Origin: Thermodesulfobacteriota bacterium | Lineage (GTDB): Bacteria > Desulfobacterota_D > UBA1144 > Nemesobacterales > CSP1-2 | Reading direction: 5' to 3' | NCBI GenBank assembly: GCA_035559815.1 | Contig: DATMAT010000028.1 | Coordinates: forward strand, 132-64,131 | DNA: 64,000 nucleotides | Part shown: positions 58,166-64,000 of the stretch, one piece after another | Numbering within the stretch: the stretch's first letter is position 1 | How the letters are laid out: the number at the start of each line of letters is the position of its first letter | Made by a program: the position numbers and the translations under genes | The notes under the pieces: generated by a model | What the model was told of the DNA's origin: nothing | Databases searched by the model: none | What the model saw: the letters and a program-made list of their open reading frames with translations, nothing else

Positions 58166-58444
58166 ATGAAGAGGTTAATGGTAATAGCAGGTCTGGGTTT
58201 AGCTCTTGTCCTACCATCACTGGCATTCGCCACCGACTATATGGAGCTATATACGAAGCCCTTGGCTAAGAACAAAATCGTGAATAATGTAAAAGGTGGA
58301 GATGTAGAGAAGGATTTCATCAGCTTCTATACAAGCCCGAAGAATGCTAAGCCCTCTCCGTCATTCAGGGCTCAGCGTGAAACAGAGGATAGGGATAGCT
58401 ACATAGTTTTCGGGGTAGAAGTCCCGGTCAGGACAAGGTCATAA
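58166..58444 (+). CDS. small secreted hypothetical protein
   Basis: 92 aa. It has a signal peptide (MKRLMVIAGLGLALVLPSLAFA|TD), an AGGAGG SD, and a downstream hairpin. Confidence 0.6.
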   Translation: MKRLMVIAGLGLALVLPSLAFATDYMELYTKPLAKNKIVNNVKGGDVEKDFISFYTSPKNAKPSPSFRAQRETEDRDSYIVFGVEVPVRTRS

Positions 58445-58462
58445 GGCTAATAGAGATTATAG

Positions 58463-58488
58463 GAGCCACGCGCAGTTTCCGGTGGCTC
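58463..58488 (+). terminator. stem-loop after the small secreted-protein gene
   Basis: GAGCCAC (58463-58469), a 12-nt loop, then GTGGCTC (58482-58488), followed by TTATCTT. Confidence 0.4.
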
Positions 58489-58527
58489 TTATCTTACATA
58501 ATTAGATAGATTCGGAGGTAACTAGAA

Positions 58528-58752
58528 ATGGAGATGACCTTAATTCCTTTCGTCAGCAATTCGGATAGAAGCTTAAACTGGAGCCATGTTAATGATAAAA
58601 TAGGGAAACATAGTACCAGGAATAGGCCGTCAATCACGTATTGGGGCATATACCTAGACGGCAAAATAGTATCTTATACCTCCAGCAAAGAGCTTGCTGA
58701 ACAAAGCAAAATTTGGACGGAAAAGTGGCTAACGAAAAAAACTAACAAATAA
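58528..58752 (+). CDS. hypothetical protein (74 aa)
   Basis: The ORF has a GGAGG SD 8 nt upstream. I recognise no motif. Confidence 0.45.
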   Translation: MEMTLIPFVSNSDRSLNWSHVNDKIGKHSTRNRPSITYWGIYLDGKIVSYTSSKELAEQSKIWTEKWLTKKTNK

Positions 58753-58765
58753 GGAGGATTAAGTC

Positions 58766-59203
58766 GTGATGAATAAATTTTTCCAGACCGAGGATGATCT
58801 AAGTGTGTTAATAGCTAGGCTCTTTTTGGGCGTGGTTATTCTGCCGCATGGCTTGCAGAAGTTGCTTGGTATGTTCGGCGGATTCGGGTTTTCCGCAACT
58901 GTGGATTTCTTTGTGAATAGCGGTGTACCAGCAGCCATTGCATTTCTGATAATTATTGGCGAGTCCTTCGGAGCCGTCGGCTTGATAATCGGCTTTCTCA
59001 GCCGTCTGGCCGCTTTGGGAATTACGCTGATTATGCTCGGCGCAATCTTTTTGGTTCATTTACCCAATGGGTTTTTTATGAATTGGTCGGGCAACCAACC
59101 GGGAGAGGGATTTGAATACCATCTACTGGCAATTGGACTTGCTCTTGTAGTTCTGATTAAGGGTGGGGGCAAATGGTCGGTGGATAGGGCCATCAGCAGC
59201 TAG
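58766..59203 (+). CDS. DoxX-family membrane protein
   Basis: It has four TM helices and the family-typical LIARLFLGVVILPHGLQKL. An AGGAGG SD is present. The start is the GTG at 58766 or the ATG at 58769. Confidence 0.8.
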   Translation: MMNKFFQTEDDLSVLIARLFLGVVILPHGLQKLLGMFGGFGFSATVDFFVNSGVPAAIAFLIIIGESFGAVGLIIGFLSRLAALGITLIMLGAIFLVHLPNGFFMNWSGNQPGEGFEYHLLAIGLALVVLIKGGGKWSVDRAISS

Positions 59204-59295
59204 ATTATTAATCTCAGATCAAGCTATGTATGAGTAAATAAGATTATTCGAATAAATCTAAAATCGATTATAAAAAACTAAATGGGAGGTTTATC

Positions 59296-59646
59296 ATGAG
59301 CTTAAGAGAGCAGGTAGAAGACCTAAACTCCATGATACTCAAAGGGCAAATACTGGAAGCGTTCGAGAAATACTATGCCGACAATGTGGTCATGCAGGAG
59401 AATGACCAGCCACCCACGGTCGGCAAGGATGCTAACCGAGAGCGGGAAAAACAGTTTCTGGCAAACTTGACCGAATTCAGGGGTGCAGAGGTAAAGGCAG
59501 TGGCAGTCGGGGACGACGTAACCATGGTAGAGTGGTTTTTCGATTACACCCATAAAGAATGGGGGAAGAAAACGTATCATCAAGTGGCCGTGCAAAAGTG
59601 GAAAGATGGAAAGATAATCCACGAGAAATTCTATTACGGAGGCTGA
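59296..59646 (+). CDS. SnoaL-like / NTF2-fold small protein
   Basis: 116 aa. The pattern FEKYYADNVVMQEN...REREKQFL...WKDGKIIHEKFYY is typical of SnoaL-like cyclase-fold proteins. A GGGAGG SD is present. Confidence 0.65.
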   Translation: MSLREQVEDLNSMILKGQILEAFEKYYADNVVMQENDQPPTVGKDANREREKQFLANLTEFRGAEVKAVAVGDDVTMVEWFFDYTHKEWGKKTYHQVAVQKWKDGKIIHEKFYYGG

Positions 59647-59656
59647 TATTAAACCC

Positions 59657-59684
59657 GTAGAGACGCAGTTAATCGCGTCTCTAC
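59657..59684. terminator. GTAGAGACGC-N8-GCGTCTCTAC hairpin (REP-like) after the SnoaL-like gene
   Basis: It has a 10-bp perfect stem and starts 11 nt after the stop codon. It has the same GTAG...CTAC architecture as the 34643-34670 palindrome. Confidence 0.55.
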
Positions 59685-59777
59685 TCGCCATAATCGTTTT
59701 TCTATTGAATATGACCATTCGCTCTTTTAAAATAACCTTATCTAACTTCACAAACAGGGCTAGAAAAAGGGAAACAA

Positions 59778-60038
59778 ATGGGATGCTGTTTTAAAGCCAT
59801 AGGTGACGAAACAAGGAGGGAAATCCTGACAATATTGGGGAAAGGTAGTGCCACCGCGGGAGAAATAGCCAGCCGGTTTAAAATCTCTCAACCCACCGTA
59901 TCCAACCATCTTAAAATCCTGAAAGAAGCAGGTCTCATAACCGAACGAAAAGTGGCTCAAACTAGGATCTATTCTCTGGATAGAAACAAACTACAACACG
60001 TAATAGATTCTTTAGAAGAGATTGTTAAAAAAAAATAG
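59778..60038 (+). CDS. ArsR/SmtB-family transcriptional regulator
   Basis: 86 aa. The sequence reads FKAIGDETRREILTIL...ATAGEIASRFKISQPTVSNHLKILKEAGLI. Confidence 0.85.
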   Translation: MGCCFKAIGDETRREILTILGKGSATAGEIASRFKISQPTVSNHLKILKEAGLITERKVAQTRIYSLDRNKLQHVIDSLEEIVKKK

Positions 60039-60045
60039 ATTCTTC

Positions 60046-61359
60046 TCATGCTCTTCTAACAAAGCCCCCGCTATAAGCCCAATCTAAAAGCTCAACCGGG
60101 TGAGCGACTTTAACTTTCAATCCACTCCGCCTGATCCCCATCTGAATCTGAAGAAGACATCCCGGATTACCGGCGACCAAATAATCTACATTTGTCTTCT
60201 TTAAATTGGAAATTTTACGGTCGAGAAGACTTTCCGACATTTTCGGTTGGATAAGGTTGTATATCCCGGCGCTTCCGCAGCAGAGGTCGGACTCGGGAAG
60301 CTCTATGAAATCGATTCCCGGTATCTGCTTGATGACCTTTCTCGGATGTGCTTTTATTCTCTGGGCATGGGCTATATGACAGGCATCTTGGTAGGTAACT
60401 CGTAATTTCAGTTCTTTTAAGTGACCCTGAAGCCCTACATCCGCCAGAAATTCCATAATGTCCTTGGTCTTTTCGCTTAACTTCGTTGCCTTCTCTGCAT
60501 AGGGCTGGTCCTCCCTTAGAATCTCCCCATACTCCTTCATCGATGAGCCGCAACCGGCAGAATTGACGATAATTGCGTCTACATTATATCCTGAGAAGAC
60601 GTCGATATTCGCCCTGGCCAAGTCTCTACCCTCGGACAGCCTCCCAGTATGTATGGAAAGCGCCCCGCAGCATCCTTGCTTTTCCGGTATAACCACTTCA
60701 CATCCGTTTTCCGAAAGCACTCTCACCGTTGCTTCGTTTGTCCGAGGGAATAACACGCTCTGCACACATCCGGCCAGCATAGCCACGCGGAAGCGTCTTT
60801 TCCCCTTAGCCGGTATGGTATTAGGCAATTTAGAAAACGTAGACGAAAGCTTTATATCCGGCAGGATAGCTTGGGCATGAGACAATCTCTCGGGAAGCAC
60901 ACCCAGATTGTTCATTAATCGTTCCAACCCGCTAGCTCGGTATATAAAAGCAAAAGGTAAGAGAAGCTTAAGCCTTTTCGGATAGGGGAAAATAGAGAAT
61001 AAAAGGGAGCGGAATAGCCTTTCGGAGACGGGTCTTTCGTACCGACGTTCTATCTGGGACCTGGCAGATTCAATCAGGCTTCCATAGCGCACACCGGAGG
61101 GACAAGCTGTCTCACAGGCAAGACATCCCAAGCATAAATCCAGGTGTTTGACTAAACCCTCAGCCATGGGGATTTTCCCCTCCACCGCTGATTTCATCAA
61201 GTATATTCTTCCCCGGGGAGAATCCAGTTCATTACCGGTTTGAAGGTAGGTGGGACAAGCGGTTAGGCAGAAGCCACAGTGCACGCAATCTTGAATTAGG
61301 TCATACCTTGGTCTATCTATCTCGTCGAACGCTTGGAAACTAGACATCTTCTCTTCCAA
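60046..61359 (-). CDS. glcF: glycolate-oxidase-type iron-sulfur subunit (GlcF-like; 2x4Fe-4S plus two CCG domains)
   Basis: The sequence reads CVHCGFCLTACPTY...ELDSPRGRIYL...CLGCLACETACPSGV. Two Cys-rich CCG regions are present (GCVQS...CCG, ...CCGSAG). Confidence 0.8.
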   Translation of the reverse strand: MEEKMSSFQAFDEIDRPRYDLIQDCVHCGFCLTACPTYLQTGNELDSPRGRIYLMKSAVEGKIPMAEGLVKHLDLCLGCLACETACPSGVRYGSLIESARSQIERRYERPVSERLFRSLLFSIFPYPKRLKLLLPFAFIYRASGLERLMNNLGVLPERLSHAQAILPDIKLSSTFSKLPNTIPAKGKRRFRVAMLAGCVQSVLFPRTNEATVRVLSENGCEVVIPEKQGCCGALSIHTGRLSEGRDLARANIDVFSGYNVDAIIVNSAGCGSSMKEYGEILREDQPYAEKATKLSEKTKDIMEFLADVGLQGHLKELKLRVTYQDACHIAHAQRIKAHPRKVIKQIPGIDFIELPESDLCCGSAGIYNLIQPKMSESLLDRKISNLKKTNVDYLVAGNPGCLLQIQMGIRRSGLKVKVAHPVELLDWAYSGGFVRRA

Positions 61360-61376
61360 TAAAACATGAGTTACTT

Positions 61377-62300
61377 TTACCTTGGTTTATTATCATTGTC
61401 CCGTTCCATATTTGAAATACTCTCCAAAGCCAGCATAAGAGCCTGTGTCCCCAAACGACCATAGCCCTGAGCCTTAGCCGCGACATAAAGCTGATTTACC
61501 AGAGCCAAGCCGGGAAGAGATAAATTCATCCGGCTAGCCTCTTCAAGGGCAATCTCCATATCCTTAATGAAGTGCTCTACAAAAAACCCCGGCTCGAAGT
61601 CCCGTCTTAGAATCCTCGGAGCAAGATTGCTGAGCAGCCAGCTTGACGCCGCCCCTTCCGTCACCGATGACAGCATTGTCTCGACATCAAGTCCGGCTTT
61701 ATAGGCATAGATTAAAGATTCGCACACCCCGATCATGGTTCCGGCTACTACAATCTGATTGCACATTTTGGTATGCTGTCCGGAGCCGGGACCGCCCTGA
61801 TAAACGATTTTTTTACCCAGCAACTCCAACAAAGGCATTACCGAATCGACTATTTCCTTATCCCCGCCTATCATGATGGAAAGACTGGCATTACGCGCCC
61901 CTACATCTCCCCCGGAAACGGGAGCATCGATGAAGCTAGCGCCCTTTTGTCTTGCGGCGTAATACAACTCTATCGCCAGTGACGGTTTTGTAGTGGTCAT
62001 GTCGATGAACACCTTCGAATCGTTCATGCCGCTTAGAAGTCCATTATCCCCGAGATAAACCTCTCTTACATCAGACGGAAATCCCACAATGGTAAAGATG
62101 ATATCGGCTCCGTTGGCTACATCTCTCGGAGAACCGGCCCAAGCTGCTCCGGCATCTAAAAGCCTTTCTGCTTTGTCTTTTGTACGGTTGTACACAACGG
62201 TCTGATACCCATGGGTTATCAGGTGTTGACACATTGAAGCACCCATTACCCCGGTACCGACCCAGCCTATTCTAGTTTGAGACGGGTTTATGCTTTTCAT
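61377..62300 (-). CDS. NAD(P)-dependent 3-hydroxyisobutyrate / 2-hydroxy-3-oxopropionate reductase family oxidoreductase
   Basis: The Rossmann motif is [10 protein letters not shown]. The motifs DAPVSGG and [11 protein letters not shown] are typical of the HIBADH family. 307 aa. Confidence 0.88.
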   Translation of the reverse strand: MKSINPSQTRIGWVGTGVMGASMCQHLITHGYQTVVYNRTKDKAERLLDAGAAWAGSPRDVANGADIIFTIVGFPSDVREVYLGDNGLLSGMNDSKVFIDMTTTKPSLAIELYYAARQKGASFIDAPVSGGDVGARNASLSIMIGGDKEIVDSVMPLLELLGKKIVYQGGPGSGQHTKMCNQIVVAGTMIGVCESLIYAYKAGLDVETMLSSVTEGAASSWLLSNLAPRILRRDFEPGFFVEHFIKDMEIALEEASRMNLSLPGLALVNQLYVAAKAQGYGRLGTQALMLALESISNMERDNDNKPR

Positions 62301-62330
62301 CTACTTGATTAGCTATTAAACCCTTTTTGT

Positions 62331-62400
62331 CCTCCCCCCTTTGCGGGGGAGGATAAGGGGGGGGTAATTTTTCACCCCCATCCTAACCCCACAAAGGGGG
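62331..62400. repeat. G-rich REP/MITE-like element, copy 2
   Basis: The hairpin is CCTCCCCC-N6-GGGGGAGG (62331-62352), followed by ATAAGGGGGGGGTAA and CACCCCCATCC. It has the same order and orientation as the 26261-26312 element. Confidence 0.65.
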
Positions 62401-62427
62401 GAAGGAACGAATAAAAGTACTAACAAT

Positions 62428-62862
62428 TCATTTCTTATAATCCAAATATGCCATAAACGCATCTATTCCAGCCTGGGCCACGATTCGGTCCTCGTCCACA
62501 GTGCCCGAACTGCAACCGATACCACCTACGATTTGACCATCAACAAAAATAGGAAGACCGCCCCCAAGTATCATGAACCTTCCCCGGTTGCTCACGTGAA
62601 TTCCAAAAGCCGGTTTACCGGGGCCGGCAATTTCCGCATACTCGTGTGTTCCCTTTCTCGCTCCAGCAGCGGTGAAAGCCTTGTTAATAGCAACGTCGAT
62701 ACTGGTTATCTTAGCCTTGTCCATGCGATAAAAGGCCAACAGATTCCCACCGTCATCTACAACCGCGATATCCATGTCCACACCTATTTCCCTGGCCTTC
62801 TTCTCGGCGCCCTGAAGTATGATCTTGGCGTCTTCCAAGGTTAGCTTGGGTACTGTTATCAT
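62428..62862 (-). CDS. GlcG/HbpS-like (DUF336) protein
   Basis: 144 aa. The sequence reads LTLEDAKIILQGAEKKA...AVVDDGGNLLAFYRMD...GGLPI...G.IVGGIGCSSGT. Confidence 0.8.
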   Translation of the reverse strand: MITVPKLTLEDAKIILQGAEKKAREIGVDMDIAVVDDGGNLLAFYRMDKAKITSIDVAINKAFTAAGARKGTHEYAEIAGPGKPAFGIHVSNRGRFMILGGGLPIFVDGQIVGGIGCSSGTVDEDRIVAQAGIDAFMAYLDYKK

Positions 62863-62942
62863 CTCGTTTCACATCACCATCATCTATCAAACTAACATCG
62901 CTAAACAAACTTTTTTTGTTCTCGGTGCTCTGTGGCAAAAAG

Positions 62943-64000
62943 CTACTTACGGGCGCTGAACTTAAGACCGGTCTTAGAGCGATCCCAAGTCTTTTCTGTA
63001 ATTTCCTTAAGCTCGGCCATTTTGACCTTCTGGGTAGCGGTGACCGGAAATCCATCCGGATATATCTCGATAAACCGGGGTATCATGAACACCGGCGCTT
63101 GTTCCGCCATCCATTTGCAAAACTCTACCGGTTCGAAAGATCCCTCCGGTTTTAGAGTTATGTTTAGCTTGATTTCATCGTCCGAAACATTGGGGAGCCT
63201 AATCCCTACGGCAATCGCTTCTTGTACCGCCAGATAGCGCATGGCCACATCTTGAACCGCAATCGGGTCTACGTTTTCTCCCGAGACCCTTATTCGACTG
63301 TGCCTCCCCTGGAAATAGAACCTTCCATCTATTCCCTGCGCCAGGATGTCGTCCGAATTGAAGAAACCGTCGTCATCGAATGCCTCTCTTGTTCGCCTTG
63401 GCTCCTTGAAGTATTCATTAAGAGTAGTGTGTGGAATTAACGGCTTAATAAACAGTAGTCCTTTGGCCTCGTCTGGCGGTGTGGGATTTTCAAAAGGATC
63501 CCAGAAGGGGCGTATAACCTTGCTCGTGTTCTCCGGGTCGCGAAGCTCCAAATAATAACCCTCCATCGGGTAACCTGAAGAGCCGGGGCGTTGATCCTCA
63601 GGGTCTTTCCAGAGTACCATACCCATCTCCGTAGACCCGTAGCCATCGATGATCCGGACTCCGAATCTGTCCTGGAATTCCTCGAGATTACGCGGTGCCG
63701 GTCCAGATAGCATGATACGAATTTTGTGCTTCCTGTCCCATTCGCTGGGGGGGGATGCCCATAGATACTCGGCTACTGCACCCAGCATGTTTGCACAAGT
63801 GGCACCGCATTCAGAAGCCCACTTCCAGAAGCTCGAAGCTGAAAAACGTGGATAAAAAACCGCCGTAGCACCAGCTCCAATCGAGGTAAAAAGACACATG
63901 ACCTGAGCATTGGCATGGCCAAGGGTGAGGACGCTCATGAGAACATCTCCGCTGCGGACACCTTGCTGTTGAATATAACCTCGTACCGTTAAAATCACAC
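62943..64000 (-). CDS. AMP-dependent synthetase/ligase (acyl-CoA ligase), C-terminal about 352 codons; the 5' end runs off the window
   Basis: The frame is open to the window edge. The motifs are DGYGSTEMG (A5), FNSDDIL...GR..RIRVSGENVDPIAVQ (A7/A8) and ...PVTATQKVKMAELK (A10 Lys region). Confidence 0.85.
   Translation of the reverse strand, partial: VILTVRGYIQQQGVRSGDVLMSVLTLGHANAQVMCLFTSIGAGATAVFYPRFSASSFWKWASECGATCANMLGAVAEYLWASPPSEWDRKHKIRIMLSGPAPRNLEEFQDRFGVRIIDGYGSTEMGMVLWKDPEDQRPGSSGYPMEGYYLELRDPENTSKVIRPFWDPFENPTPPDEAKGLLFIKPLIPHTTLNEYFKEPRRTREAFDDDGFFNSDDILAQGIDGRFYFQGRHSRIRVSGENVDPIAVQDVAMRYLAVQEAIAVGIRLPNVSDDEIKLNITLKPEGSFEPVEFCKWMAEQAPVFMIPRFIEIYPDGFPVTATQKVKMAELKEITEKTWDRSKTGLKFSARK

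Noticed and set aside
59323-59751. A 142-aa minus-strand ORF opposite the SnoaL-like gene
   Set aside because: It is antisense to an ORF with a good SD. Its N-terminal part (...SRDAINCVST...) is the translation of the 59657-59684 palindrome.

Overview
This 64-kb window is a gene-dense bacterial chromosomal segment. I support about 60 CDS, and roughly 85% of them lie on the minus strand. I found no rRNA, tRNA, CRISPR array, transposase or prophage genes.

Gene content from left to right:
- A partial MBL-fold hydrolase.
- A ThrC-like PLP enzyme next to a CysO/MoaD-type sulfur carrier.
- An OmpA/Pal-like lipoprotein.
- An hrcA-grpE-dnaK-dnaJ operon.
- A short Ppx/GppA, a gamma-carbonic-anhydrase-like protein, an aberrant EF-G paralogue, and rpmE.
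- An rpoH-dnaK pair carrying a second dnaK.
- A TCA-cycle supercluster: sucC, sdhBA plus a non-canonical membrane anchor, mdh, icd, acnA.
- yceD-rpmF-fabD-fabG-acpP-fabF.
- A five-gene peptide ABC transporter.
- An NfeD/SPFH pair, a TPR protein and a half-size TauE-like protein.
- miaA, then the conserved rimP-nusA-infB-DUF503-rbfA-DHH-truB-rpsO-pnp block.
- An accessory-looking right end: a sigma-54 activator, DAC-domain proteins, small secreted proteins, DoxX, a SnoaL-like protein, ArsR, a glcF-like gene, a HIBADH-type reductase, a GlcG-like protein and a partial acyl-CoA ligase.

The most unusual locus is 51.0-58.0 kb:
- A PAS-GAF3-AAA+ sigma-54 activator that lacks a DNA-binding domain.
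- It is followed by a 951-aa protein fusing a degenerate acyl-CoA-synthetase-like domain to two tandem diadenylate-cyclase (DAC)-like domains.
- A stand-alone DAC protein lies convergent to that fusion.
- A relic of an intact AMP-binding gene sits next to the stand-alone DAC gene.

Intergenic regions carry several families of short palindromic (REP/MITE-like) elements and a (TTTGGTC)7 heptanucleotide tandem repeat. RpoH, a sigma-54 activator and a Pal-like lipoprotein suggest a diderm bacterium. I cannot assign a lineage from the sequence alone. All homology calls come from reading motifs in the supplied translations; no database search was run.
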